Part shown: piece after piece, positions 45,528 through 55,627 of the stretch | Numbering within the stretch: position 1 is the stretch's first letter | Layout: each line of letters opens with the position of its first letter | DNA from: Bacteroidetes bacterium OLB10 | GTDB lineage: Bacteria; Bacteroidota; Bacteroidia; AKYH767-A; OLB10 | Direction: 5' to 3' | NCBI GenBank assembly: GCA_001567275.1 | Contig: LNBX01000046.1 | Coordinates: 129,769-193,768, forward strand | Length of the DNA: 64,000 nucleotides | Notes under the pieces: model-generated | Told to the model about the DNA's origin: nothing | Databases searched by the model: none | Seen by the model: the letters and a program-made list of their open reading frames with translations, nothing else | Translations under genes and position numbers: made by a program

Positions 45528-45983
45528 ATGATTCAGCGTATCCAGTCCATCTATCTTCTGCTCTTTGTTCTCTCCTGTGCTGCACTTTATGCACTTCCGC
45601 TGTGCACTGCCACAGAGGGCAGCAACATGCAAATTTTTTCCATCACCAACATTCAGGTTTTTCAGGACAATGCACTCACACAAACAACACCTGTACCCCT
45701 CTACAGTATTTATAATGCAGCTCTTATTGTTTTGGGGCTTGTATGCATATTCATGTTTCGCAACCGCAAACTGCAACTGCGCCTGTGCAGCTTGCTCATT
45801 CTGGCTACCGTAATATTTATTTTTCTTGTATTTCGTCAGTCCGATGGTCTTATTGCCAATGTCAAACCCATTTATCATGCAGGCATGTATCTGCTGGTAG
45901 TTTCCTTGCTGTGGATTTTTCTCGCTATGCGCAGCATCCGTCATGACGAAAACTTAGTTCGCTCTGCCGATAGGTTGAGGTAG
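45528..45983 (+). CDS. DUF4293 family membrane protein
   Basis: MIQRIQSIYL, IFMFRNRKLQ, IRHDENLVRSADRLR; divergent from rho, as is usual in the phylum. Confidence 0.88.
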   Translation: MIQRIQSIYLLLFVLSCAALYALPLCTATEGSNMQIFSITNIQVFQDNALTQTTPVPLYSIYNAALIVLGLVCIFMFRNRKLQLRLCSLLILATVIFIFLVFRQSDGLIANVKPIYHAGMYLLVVSLLWIFLAMRSIRHDENLVRSADRLR

Positions 45984-46108
45984 AATCTGAAAAACAGAGC
46001 AAAAAAGTTGAATTTAGTAGTTAGCGGTACGTAGCTCTGCACGCTGTCAAGAGTCAAGAAGGTTTAATTAGATTTGCAATGTATTGATTGTAAAAATGCA
46101 GGTTTAAT

Positions 46109-46942
46109 ATGAAAAAAGTTTTATTGTTATTGAGTTTCATTTCACTGATTTTGTCAGGCTGTACGAAATATAGTATTCAGATTTTTGATACATTACCAAA
46201 GGAAGGTTTTTCAGACATTAAACTGAAAAATGATTATTATGAATATGAATCAGACACATTAAAAATACTTTATGAATTTTGGACTACAAGAGGTGTAATG
46301 GCTTTTTCAATCTTTAACAAGACGGACAAACCCATCTATATTGACTGGAAAAAATCATCATTCATCTATAACAGCAAAAAGTTTAACTATTGGAATGATG
46401 AGCAAACTACGATATCTGTGGGGGCATCTTATCAGACAGGCTATTACTACAATGGACCTTTAATATTGCCTGGTTTTACAATATATGAAGGGTTAAGCAC
46501 AGAAGTGTCAAAAGCGAAAACAAAAAAACCTGAGCGTGTTACAATAATTCCTCCCCAATCATACGTATATCCCGACATCAATTTTTCCTTATTCGATGAT
46601 TTTAAATACAAATTTGGCAATAGAACTATAAGTGTTGTTACCAATCGTAATGATAAGCCGGCAAAGAAAACAACAGAACATATTGAGGAATTCGACTATA
46701 AGTCAACACCGGTCAGGTTCAGGAACTTTCTTGCATTTTCATTTTCAGAAGAACAACCATCCTTCTTTTTTATAGAAAACGAATTCTATGTTAACTCAGT
46801 AAAGGAAATGGAATACAAACATTTCAGGGGGAAGGTGGTGAAGACAGTAAATGGAGTAAGGATTTATAGTAAACCATTAAAAAGCAAACACAGGTTTTAT
46901 ATTAAATTAAAAGGTATAGAAAGAACCAGGTTTAAAAAATAA
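46109..46942 (+). CDS. Hypothetical lipoprotein
   Basis: MKKVLLLLSFISLILSG-C lipobox; IFNKTDKPIYIDWKKSSF; own TAGATTTG -7 box at 46069-46076. Confidence 0.75.
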   Translation: MKKVLLLLSFISLILSGCTKYSIQIFDTLPKEGFSDIKLKNDYYEYESDTLKILYEFWTTRGVMAFSIFNKTDKPIYIDWKKSSFIYNSKKFNYWNDEQTTISVGASYQTGYYYNGPLILPGFTIYEGLSTEVSKAKTKKPERVTIIPPQSYVYPDINFSLFDDFKYKFGNRTISVVTNRNDKPAKKTTEHIEEFDYKSTPVRFRNFLAFSFSEEQPSFFFIENEFYVNSVKEMEYKHFRGKVVKTVNGVRIYSKPLKSKHRFYIKLKGIERTRFKK

Positions 46943-47016
46943 AAAATTCCTGATCTGTTTGTTGCTAAAATAGAAACGTGTCAGCGCCATTGAGGACTAC
47001 GGGTGGGCGTAGGTAA

Positions 47017-47134
47017 TGCAACTTTCCTGACTCCCGGCAGGTTATCGTAGATTCCTGCTGGGTGTAAAACGTAAACAACCCAGCAGGAGCTAACGCGACC
47101 TGCCGGGTTGGAATCAGAGGAAAATCACCTTGCA
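47017..47134. repeat. Inverted doublet of REP-like palindromes forming a long hairpin
   Basis: Unit 1 CCCGGCAGG-ttatcgtagatt-CCTGCTGGGT (47033-47063). Unit 2 AACCCAGCAGG-agctaacgcga-CCTGCCGGGTT (47077-47109). The units are reverse complements of each other, and the flanks TTTCCTGA / TCAGAGGAAA extend the pairing. Confidence 0.7.
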
Positions 47135-47142
47135 AAAGAAAA

Positions 47143-47675
47143 TTAATCTGAAATAGAATTCTTCAAATTCTCCGGTAATCCTCTCAACCCCAGTTCAACT
47201 ACATCCAGATCTTTTATCGTTTTATTTTCAATGGTAAACATTACCATTGTTCTCAAGTGATGAAAACCATGTATGCCGGCAGCTCCAGGATTGATATGCA
47301 GTAATCCGGGAATGTTTTTATCAGGCATTATTTTTAAAATGTGCGAATGTCCGCTGATAAATAAATCGGGCTTGGTGATATTAATTTCATTCTTCACTTC
47401 AGGAGCATAGTGCCCGGGATAACCACCAATGTGCGTCATCCACACATGCACTTCCTCGCAAAAAATTTCTGATGCAGCGGATATATGTTGCGCAACAGAT
47501 GTCCGTCCACATTTCCGTAAACACCTCTCAAAGGTTTTATGGCAGCAAGCGCATCTGCAACCTCAAGGTTTCCAAAATCACCGGCATGCCATATTTCATC
47601 AGCCTGTTGCACATATTTCAGAATTTTTGCATCCAAAAAACCATGCGTGTCCGATAACAAAGCAATGCGTTTCAC
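47143..47675 (-). CDS. YfcE-like metallophosphoesterase; 1-nt frameshift
   Basis: LLSDTHG, HAGDFG, GNVD; adding one base at A6 47460-47465 joins THIGGYPG, GHSHILK and NPGAAG. Confidence 0.88.
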
Positions 47676-48802
47676 TTCGCAAAGAAACCGGAAATACTTT
47701 TACAAACCAGTTCTGTTTGTTCAGTTGTAAGCTCATAATACATGGGAAGACGCAGCAGTGTATTGGTGAGTTTGTCAGCTACAGGCAGTTCGCGCCCGTC
47801 ATGTTTTTTCTCATAATATGCCGACTTATGCAGAGAGATGTAGTGAAACACTGCATGTATTTCAGCAGATTTGAGATGCGTAATCAGTTTGGTACGTGTA
47901 TCCAAATCGTTCAGCACTATATAAAACATGTGAGCATTGTTGGTAGCATAATCAGGAATCTGAGGCAGTTGTAAAAAACCTTTTTCCGCCAATGGTTTCA
48001 AACGTTCATAATACAGTTCCCACAATTGCTTTCGCTTGTTTTGAATGACGTCAGTCTTCTCCAATTGTGCTAACAACACAGCTGCAGTAATTTCACTTGG
48101 CAGAAACGAAGAGCCTGCATCTACCCATCCGTATTTATCCACTTCACCTCTGAAAAATGCAGAGCGGTTGGTTCCTTTTTCGCGGATTATTTCTGCACGT
48201 TTTTCAAACTGAGGATCATTCACCACCAACATTCCGCCTTCGCCACTGATAATATTTTTAGTGTCGTGAAATGAGAATGCAGCAAGATGTCCGATGCTTC
48301 CCAAAGGTTTTCCTTTATAATAAGAATCAATAGCCTGAGCGGCATCTTCTACTACAAACAGATTATGTTTTTCTGCAATCCGCATGATGGCATCCATATC
48401 GCAAGCCACACCGGCATAATGCACGGGCACAATGGCTTTGGTGCGAGGTGTTATCAGGGTTTCAATTTTTGTTGCATCTATATTTCCGGTGGAAGCTTCA
48501 CTGTCTGCAAAAATTATTTTAGCTCCTCTTAAAACAAATGCATTCACGGTTGAAACAAATGTATAAGAGGGAGCAATCACTTCATCACCGGGCTGTATGT
48601 TCAGCAAAATTGCACAGGCTTCCAGTGCATCGGTACACGATGTAGTTAGCAATACTTTTCTGAAGCCATATTTTTCTGTAATCAGCTGATGACAACGTTT
48701 GGTAAATTCACCGTCACCGGATAATTTTCCTGCACGGAATACATCTGAGATATAGTCAATTTCTTTGCCTGTAATGTATGGTTTGTTAAAAGGAATTGGC
48801 AT
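47672..48802 (-). CDS. wecE: dTDP-4-amino-4,6-dideoxygalactose transaminase (WecE/RffA)
   Basis: MPIPFNKP, LLTTSCTDALE, VHYAGVACDM, EDAAQ, SFHDTKN, EKGTNRSAFFRGEVDKYGW. Confidence 0.92.
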   Translation of the reverse strand: MPIPFNKPYITGKEIDYISDVFRAGKLSGDGEFTKRCHQLITEKYGFRKVLLTTSCTDALEACAILLNIQPGDEVIAPSYTFVSTVNAFVLRGAKIIFADSEASTGNIDATKIETLITPRTKAIVPVHYAGVACDMDAIMRIAEKHNLFVVEDAAQAIDSYYKGKPLGSIGHLAAFSFHDTKNIISGEGGMLVVNDPQFEKRAEIIREKGTNRSAFFRGEVDKYGWVDAGSSFLPSEITAAVLLAQLEKTDVIQNKRKQLWELYYERLKPLAEKGFLQLPQIPDYATNNAHMFYIVLNDLDTRTKLITHLKSAEIHAVFHYISLHKSAYYEKKHDGRELPVADKLTNTLLRLPMYYELTTEQTELVCKSISGFFAK

Positions 48803-48809
48803 GAACAGT

Positions 48810-51800
48810 TTATTTTTTTACGAATCTAATATGTGTTATACTTTCTGTTGTACGCAATTCTATGATGTAGGTTCCCTTTGCAAGGTAGGGCACGCCAAAG
48901 CTGAAACTGTCATAACCTGAAGAAATATTTCCGCTGAAAAGATTTCTGACTTTTTTTCCTGCAGCATCATATAAGGTGAGGTCAGCTTCGGAACTTGCCG
49001 GCTGACTGATGTGTATTTCCATATTGTCTGTAACAGGATTGGGCGTAACCGACATGTGAGTTTCATTCTGATTCAGTGAAATACATTTTTCATTGTTGTC
49101 AGGATTGGAATCTTCTGCACCATTTGCTGCAACTATTCTTACGCAGGTATAATCAGGCAAGGTGTTTCCTGTATAAATTTTAGTTTTTAGAGTAAAAGTT
49201 TTTTCAGTGCCCGATGGAATGCTGAACTCTGCACTTTCGATAAAGGCACTTTTGTTTTCAGTAGTTACTCTTAAATCAAAAGAATTAACTGAATTGTTAC
49301 CTATGTTTGAAATGAGTGACTGAATGGAAAGATATCCGTCATCCACAGAATAAAGTAATGCTTTCATCCATAAATCGGTAAACGGAATGATTACATCATA
49401 CCATTGTTGTTGCTGTGCTTCGCAACCGTAGATACTCTGAGCAGTTAGTGTAACCAAATAAGATCCTGTATCTGCATAAACATGCGTTGCGTTGGCTACA
49501 TTGCTTGTGGCAGAGCCATCACCAAAATCCCACTCATACTGCGAAGCGCCTGTAGAATTATTGATAAACTGAATAGCATTTGAAGGTGCTCCTGTTTCAG
49601 GTAAAATGCTAAACGCTGGCTGCGGTGCAGGTTTGATATTGATGACCGTTTGCATGGAGTCATTGCAACCACCTGCTGCATTTGCCAACAGTGAAATGGT
49701 GTAATTTCCCGGAGTGGAAAAAGTATGTGACGGCATGGAGTCTGTTGAAGTTTGTCCATCACCAAAATTCCACTGCCAGTTAAGTACGCTGGTGTTGTTC
49801 AGGTTGGTTTGATTGATAAACTGTACAGGTTCATTCTGACAAATGCCATCAGATATAAACGATACAACAGGGCGGTTGTAAATCGTAATGGTATCGAACT
49901 GTACATTTTGGCATCCGAAAGAATCAACTACAGCAAGCGATACAGGATAAGTCCCGCTGTTTGCATAAGTATGTGTAGTGTTTGGAATAAATGAATAAGT
50001 ATTATCTCCAAAAGCCCATGTCCATGCATAACCTGAAATGTTATTGTTAGGAAGATAATTAAACGCAGTTGTTTGCCCTTTGCATATTCCGCTGTATGAA
50101 AACGTAAAATCAGGCTGAGGTCGTACATTGAAATTTTCGGTGTGTGTATTGCTGCAACCATCAATTGTAGTTACGGTAAGAGTAGCAGATGCCGGACCTG
50201 CTGAATTGAAAATGATATTCGGTGACGGGAAGGTACTGCTGCCGCCATTGCTGAACTGCCAGTTCCACTGGTTGATTATTCCATTGCCGATATAACTTGT
50301 GTCGAGAAAATAGATATCACTGTTCTGACATTGCAATGCCTGAATAATAAAACCTGCAACAGGATTTTCAAAAATGCTGATGATGTGTGAAACAGTATCT
50401 GAACAACCGTTGTCGGCAGTTACCTGCAACACGGCATTATAATTTCCGGGCAGGCTGTAAGTATTGTTTGCGTTTTGCGATGATGCTGAATTGCCATCAC
50501 CAAAAATCCACGACCAGTTGTTGATGTTGAGTCCTGAAGGTGCAGATGACGAATCACTGAAAATTAAATTGCTTCCTTCGCAACCGTTAGCTGCAGTAAA
50601 TGCAGCGGCAGGGCCAGGTGTTATGTTGATGGTTTGACTGAGCGATGACGAACAGTCATTGCCTGCAGAAACGGTCAATGTTATAGTAAAGGTTCCTGCA
50701 TTGTTGTAAGCATGCACCGGATTCTGAGTATGTGAAGTATCGCCATCGCCAAAATCCCAGAACCAGGAGTACAGATTGTTTCCTGTAGTAGCGTCAGTAA
50801 ATGCAACAGGATTTCGCTGACAACTGGTTGAAGCAAAACTGAAATTTACAGTTGGAGGAGTAGAAACTACAACATTTTGAGTCAATGTATCTGAACAGCC
50901 CTGATTGGAATAAGCAATCAGAGATACAGGATAAGTGCCTGCACCCGGGTAGGCAAATACAGTATCTGTTTGTTGAGTGGTAGCTCCTGAAAACCCTAAA
51001 TCCCACAAATAGGTCAACGGGCTTCCATCATCAATGACAGAAGTATTTGTAAATTGTACGGTATCACCTTCGCAGGTGTTTGTTGTTGTAAAATTACTTT
51101 GAGGAGTAGAGTGTACCACTACTAATTGTGCGGTAGTATCTGTACAACCATCGTTGGCAATAGCAATCAGTTGTACAACATAAGTATTACCTGTTGCATA
51201 GATATGAACCGGATTTTGATCAAAAGAAGGCTGGGTTAAATCTCCAAAATCCCATTGCCAGGTTTGTATTCCCGACACAGAATAGGATGAATCTGAAAAT
51301 ATTGTTGGTGAAAATGCACAGGATGTGGTAGCACCAAAATTTACCACAGGCAAAGCATGTATTGTTACAGGAATGATGGTATCTTTTTCGCATCCTGCAG
51401 TGATAGTAAGTTTGACTTGATACGTGCCCGGTGATTGAAACTGATGATATGGAAATTGTTGAGTGGAAGTCGTACCATCACCAAAATCCCACAGCCATGC
51501 AGTAACCGGCCCTGAAGGCGATGACGATAAATCACTGAATGAAATACTGTCGGCAGGATTGAAACAAAGATTATTGCTGAAAGTAAAATTAGCCGTAGGC
51601 CCACTGATGATGTACACACTGTCGTAAGCAACAGACTGATAACCGTTGCTATCCGTAACTGTCAGAGAAAATTTATTCCAACCTGTGGTGAAGTAACTAA
51701 AATCAGGATTAGCTGCTTCGCTGTAATAATTTATGCAGGAATCAATATATACCTGCTCGACAAAATTCAGTGATGGAATATCACAAACCACTAGTTTGGT

Positions 51801-52826
51801 GATGGATGAATCAGTGAGAGATTCAATCTGATTTGGCCCGAAATAAAAAGTAGGTGATGTGTTTACTGTTGGTGATGAACTGAAATCGTTGTTTGCAAAC
51901 TGGAGATATTTCAGTTGTTTGTTGGCAGAGTCGGTAAAATAAACATAGTAACTTTCAAACTCCTGCGAAATATTTACTGATTTATTTCCTGAAGATCCTG
52001 TGCTGCTGTACGACTGAGATGTAGGAGGTGCATTCAGTCCTGTTGAGAATAATAACTTAGTAATATCACCTGTTAGTGCATCTGATAAAAATGCAACAGG
52101 AGGGCTGCAAGTCATACTCAAATCAATATCTGTTAAACTTCCTGCTCCGGCAACTGTGTAAGTATAAAGTTCAGTAGGAGCATTGGTCATCGAATTTCCG
52201 AATGAAAGACAGGTTATGGTTCCGTTACCACGATTGGCAATAAATGCATAAAAGTTTTGATTGTTTTTGACCAACCTCAAATCAGCAGGATTGGATAAAG
52301 ATGGAAATGCTGACAATGGTGTAACAACAGGAGTGTTTAAAATTCCGGCAGGAAAAGACAAAAGCGAAAGTGAATTAGTAGGTGAATAACATGCAAGACC
52401 GTAAACAGATGAATCGCCCTCGATAATAAAATCAAAACAATTAAATTTTGGAAAAGAACCGAATGTCTGAGCATTAAAAGGTCGTGAGGAAAGATGATTG
52501 CCTATGGTGCCAATTACTAAATTGTTGCTGATGGTATCCATTGCTATCATGTAATATTGTCCACCTGCTTTCAGCAAATCAAAATCAGTCATGGTGGATA
52601 GCGTGTAATTGGAGTACCTGTAAAACTGATATTGCGTAAGTCCGTGTTGTTCTTTCGGGCAGAAGTCCCACTTAAATGAAAGTCCGTCACCGGTAGAAGT
52701 GTTGATGATGGGTAGCGGAGTTCCGCTACAGGCAGTATCAGGCAAGCTGAAGGAGGCTACAGGGCATTGTGCAAAGCCACTGCTGTAAAGTACAGTTAGC
52801 AGCAGTGATAACAGTATTCTTCGCAT
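48810..52826 (-). CDS. T9SS type A protein with N-terminal beta-propeller and about 10 PKD domains
   Basis: Signal peptide ending FAQC; nine W-x-W-x-F-G-D-G-type PKD repeats plus a split N-terminal PKD; TPNPV..GTYII..RFVKK CTD. Confidence 0.88.
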   Translation of the reverse strand: MRRILLSLLLTVLYSSGFAQCPVASFSLPDTACSGTPLPIINTSTGDGLSFKWDFCPKEQHGLTQYQFYRYSNYTLSTMTDFDLLKAGGQYYMIAMDTISNNLVIGTIGNHLSSRPFNAQTFGSFPKFNCFDFIIEGDSSVYGLACYSPTNSLSLLSFPAGILNTPVVTPLSAFPSLSNPADLRLVKNNQNFYAFIANRGNGTITCLSFGNSMTNAPTELYTYTVAGAGSLTDIDLSMTCSPPVAFLSDALTGDITKLLFSTGLNAPPTSQSYSSTGSSGNKSVNISQEFESYYVYFTDSANKQLKYLQFANNDFSSSPTVNTSPTFYFGPNQIESLTDSSITKLVVCDIPSLNFVEQVYIDSCINYYSEAANPDFSYFTTGWNKFSLTVTDSNGYQSVAYDSVYIISGPTANFTFSNNLCFNPADSISFSDLSSSPSGPVTAWLWDFGDGTTSTQQFPYHQFQSPGTYQVKLTITAGCEKDTIIPVTIHALPVVNFGATTSCAFSPTIFSDSSYSVSGIQTWQWDFGDLTQPSFDQNPVHIYATGNTYVVQLIAIANDGCTDTTAQLVVVHSTPQSNFTTTNTCEGDTVQFTNTSVIDDGSPLTYLWDLGFSGATTQQTDTVFAYPGAGTYPVSLIAYSNQGCSDTLTQNVVVSTPPTVNFSFASTSCQRNPVAFTDATTGNNLYSWFWDFGDGDTSHTQNPVHAYNNAGTFTITLTVSAGNDCSSSLSQTINITPGPAAAFTAANGCEGSNLIFSDSSSAPSGLNINNWSWIFGDGNSASSQNANNTYSLPGNYNAVLQVTADNGCSDTVSHIISIFENPVAGFIIQALQCQNSDIYFLDTSYIGNGIINQWNWQFSNGGSSTFPSPNIIFNSAGPASATLTVTTIDGCSNTHTENFNVRPQPDFTFSYSGICKGQTTAFNYLPNNNISGYAWTWAFGDNTYSFIPNTTHTYANSGTYPVSLAVVDSFGCQNVQFDTITIYNRPVVSFISDGICQNEPVQFINQTNLNNTSVLNWQWNFGDGQTSTDSMPSHTFSTPGNYTISLLANAAGGCNDSMQTVINIKPAPQPAFSILPETGAPSNAIQFINNSTGASQYEWDFGDGSATSNVANATHVYADTGSYLVTLTAQSIYGCEAQQQQWYDVIIPFTDLWMKALLYSVDDGYLSIQSLISNIGNNSVNSFDLRVTTENKSAFIESAEFSIPSGTEKTFTLKTKIYTGNTLPDYTCVRIVAANGAEDSNPDNNEKCISLNQNETHMSVTPNPVTDNMEIHISQPASSEADLTLYDAAGKKVRNLFSGNISSGYDSFSFGVPYLAKGTYIIELRTTESITHIRFVKK

Positions 52827-52882
52827 TTAAAGGTGGTTTTTAAAAATTGAAAGTAAATGTATATAAATTTGACGTTAAAAAA

Positions 52883-53470
52883 ATGAGGGAATTACTTTTT
52901 TGTTCTAACAATATTCACAAAACAGAAGAAATACGAAAAATGCTGCCTTCAGGTTACAGAATATCGAGTTTGAAGGAGGCAGGAATTTTTACAGATATAC
53001 CTGAAACAGGAGAAACTTTTGAAGAGAATGCCTTGATAAAGGCAAGTGCAGTTAAATCAAATAATCATTCAGGATGTTTTGCTGACGACAGTGGGTTGTG
53101 TGTTGAATATTTAGATGATGCACCCGGAGTGCATTCTGCACGATATGCTGGTGAGCACGCTACTGATGATGAGAACAGAAGTAAACTATTGAATGAATTG
53201 AAAGATATCAGCAATCGCAGAGCATATTTCATCACCGTAATTTGTTTACTGATGGATGAAAATGTTTATTATTTCGAAGGTCGTATTTACGGTAGAATTG
53301 CAACAGAAGAAAAAGGGTTTGGTGGCTTTGGTTACGATTGTATTTTTATTCCCGATAGTTATGATAAAACGTTTGCGGAAATGACTTCAGATGAGAAAAA
53401 TAAAATCAGCCATCGTTATCTGGCACTGCAAAAAATGATGCAGTTTCTGAAAGAAAAACAAAATATTTAA
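52883..53470 (+). CDS. rdgB: Non-canonical purine NTP pyrophosphatase (RdgB/HAM1)
   Basis: SNNIHKTEE, ETGETFEENALIKA, ADDSGL, PGVHSARY, GFGYD, KNKISHR; ATG at 52883. Confidence 0.93.
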   Translation: MRELLFCSNNIHKTEEIRKMLPSGYRISSLKEAGIFTDIPETGETFEENALIKASAVKSNNHSGCFADDSGLCVEYLDDAPGVHSARYAGEHATDDENRSKLLNELKDISNRRAYFITVICLLMDENVYYFEGRIYGRIATEEKGFGGFGYDCIFIPDSYDKTFAEMTSDEKNKISHRYLALQKMMQFLKEKQNI

Positions 53471-54871
53471 TTACAGATTAAAACTTTGTCCTTCTTCAGG
53501 AATTTCTACATGACGGAAACCTTGTTGCAGTAATTTTTCTTTAAAATCGAGTTGCACTTCATACTCACCATGAACAAGAAAAAGTTTCCTGACTTTTGAA
53601 ACATCCTGACACGACAAATATTGTTGCAACTCTTTGTAATCGGCATGTGCACTGAAAGATGAGATTACTTCAACTTTTGCTTTTACAGGATATTCAACAC
53701 CAAATATTTTTACTGTTTCGGAGCCGTTCATCAGTTGACCACCAATGGATTGAGGTGTGCAATAACCAACAATTAAAATAGTGTTTCGTGGATTTTCAAT
53801 GTTGTTTTTGATGTGATGTTTTATACGACCGGCTTCAATCATACCTGATGCTGATATGATGATACAAGGTCCGTTGTAATCGTTTATCTTTTTTGATTCT
53901 TCCACCTTGCGTACATATTGTAGCGTACTGAATCCGAACGGATCTGAATCCTTCTTCATATACTTCCTCACATCAAGATTAAAGAACTCGCTGTGTTTAC
54001 GCATTATGTTTGTGGCATCAATGGCAAGGGGGCTATCCACATAAACCGGTATCTCCGGAAGTTTTCCTTCAGTTTTATATCGGTCAAGTGTATAAATAAT
54101 TTCCTGTGTACGTCCCAGGCTGAAAGCTGGAATAATTAGTTTGCCTTTGCGAACGGTGCACGTATCTAAAACTATATCTAAAAGTTTTTGTCGTGCATCA
54201 CCACTGTAATCGTGCAAGCGGTTTCCATAGGTTGATTCGCACAGTATGTAATCAGCCTGCGGAAATGCAGCAGGTGGTTTTAATATCAAATCATGATAAC
54301 GTCCTACGTCACCTGAAAATGTCAGATGTTTTACATTTCCATTCTCAGTAACTTTTAAATTTACACTGGCACTTCCCAAAATATGTCCTGAATCTGTGAA
54401 TTGAAACGAAACTTCGTTATCAATCTTTTTCCATTCGCCAATGGCAACCGGCCTGAATAAGGTCATTGTTTTTTCTACGTCTTCTACATCATATATAGGT
54501 TCTAATTTAGGCTGTCCGTTTTGTTTTCTTTTTTTGTTGATGTATTCAATATCACTTTCCTGAATAAAGGCACTGTCTGTTAGCATAGTATTGCAAAGAT
54601 CAATAGTAGCCTGAGTGGTATAGATGGTTCCTTTAAAACCTTGTTTTACCAGATTGGGAATATTTCCTGAATGATCAATATGTGCATGAGAAAGAATCAG
54701 AACATCAATTTCAGTTGGGTTAAATGCAAAATGCCTGTTTACTCTGTCATTATCTTTACCTCTGTTTTGGAAAAAGCCACAATCAAGCAGAATTTTTTTT
54801 CCTTGTGCTGTAGTTATCAGATGTTTACTGCCTGTAACATTGCGTGCAGCACCATAAAATGTTATTTGCAT
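53471..54871 (-). CDS. MBL-fold beta-CASP metallo-hydrolase (RNA-processing type)
   Basis: GAARNVTGS, LSHAHIDHSG, GHILGS, SGDVG, ESTYG, PAFSLGRTQE, SASGM, SAHAD. Confidence 0.92.
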   Translation of the reverse strand: MQITFYGAARNVTGSKHLITTAQGKKILLDCGFFQNRGKDNDRVNRHFAFNPTEIDVLILSHAHIDHSGNIPNLVKQGFKGTIYTTQATIDLCNTMLTDSAFIQESDIEYINKKRKQNGQPKLEPIYDVEDVEKTMTLFRPVAIGEWKKIDNEVSFQFTDSGHILGSASVNLKVTENGNVKHLTFSGDVGRYHDLILKPPAAFPQADYILCESTYGNRLHDYSGDARQKLLDIVLDTCTVRKGKLIIPAFSLGRTQEIIYTLDRYKTEGKLPEIPVYVDSPLAIDATNIMRKHSEFFNLDVRKYMKKDSDPFGFSTLQYVRKVEESKKINDYNGPCIIISASGMIEAGRIKHHIKNNIENPRNTILIVGYCTPQSIGGQLMNGSETVKIFGVEYPVKAKVEVISSFSAHADYKELQQYLSCQDVSKVRKLFLVHGEYEVQLDFKEKLLQQGFRHVEIPEEGQSFNL

Positions 54872-54981
54872 AATTTACAAAACTACTGAAATATTAGATG
54901 CAATTATTTATCAACATTATGACCATAGTTTAAGATGTGTTTTTAGCTTTGCACCCGATAAAATTGCTTAAACATCAGAGC

Positions 54982-55620
54982 ATGTCTTTACTTCAATATT
55001 TTCTTCCAAACGACAAAAAGTTTTTCCCTTTATTTGACCGGGCAGCAACAAATTTGCAAGAAGCCGGAAAAGTCATGTATAAGTTGGTTACAGCACAATC
55101 TCAAGATGAGCGAATGCAATTTATCCGTCAAATCGAAGACCTTGAACACCGTGGTGATGAAATAACTCATGAAGTATTTAAAGAACTCAGCACCAATTTT
55201 ATTACTCCTTTCGACAGGGAAGATATCCATCGTTTGGTAAGTGCTATTGACGATATACTTGACTATATCAATGGTTCCAGTAAACGAATTGAACTTTATA
55301 AGCTGAAGGAATGCACTTCAGATATGGTTAAATTGTCAGAATTATTGCAAACGCAAACTGAAGAACTTATGAGGCTGATTCATGAACTGAAGAATAAAAG
55401 AAATTTGCGAAATATAACAGAGTCACTGGTGCTCATCAATTCCATTGAAAACCATGCTGATGATATTTTTGATAATGCCGTAGCCCGTTTGTTTGAAACT
55501 GAAACCAATGCAATTGAATTGATAAAGCAAAAAGAAATTCTTTCAGCTCTTGAAACAGCCACCGATATGTGTGAAGATGCTGCAAATATTATTGATTCGA
55601 TTATAGTAAAAATGGCATAA
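54982..55620 (+). CDS. DUF47 / PhoU-like Pit accessory protein
   Basis: LEHRGDEITH, FITPFDREDI, IENHADD, LETATDMCED; TAGCTTTG -7 box at 54944-54951; upstream of pit. Confidence 0.9.
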   Translation: MSLLQYFLPNDKKFFPLFDRAATNLQEAGKVMYKLVTAQSQDERMQFIRQIEDLEHRGDEITHEVFKELSTNFITPFDREDIHRLVSAIDDILDYINGSSKRIELYKLKECTSDMVKLSELLQTQTEELMRLIHELKNKRNLRNITESLVLINSIENHADDIFDNAVARLFETETNAIELIKQKEILSALETATDMCEDAANIIDSIIVKMA

Positions 55621-55627
55621 TGATTAT

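Noticed and set aside
46020-46027. GTTAGCGG as an integron-like cassette core site
   Set aside because: No matching inverse core (CCGCTAAC) after the lipoprotein gene, no cassette array and no integrase in the window.
47017-47134. SRP RNA or 6S RNA
   Set aside because: No GNRA/AGCAG SRP helix-8 motif on either strand and no large central bubble; the four-fold arm symmetry fits a DNA repeat better.
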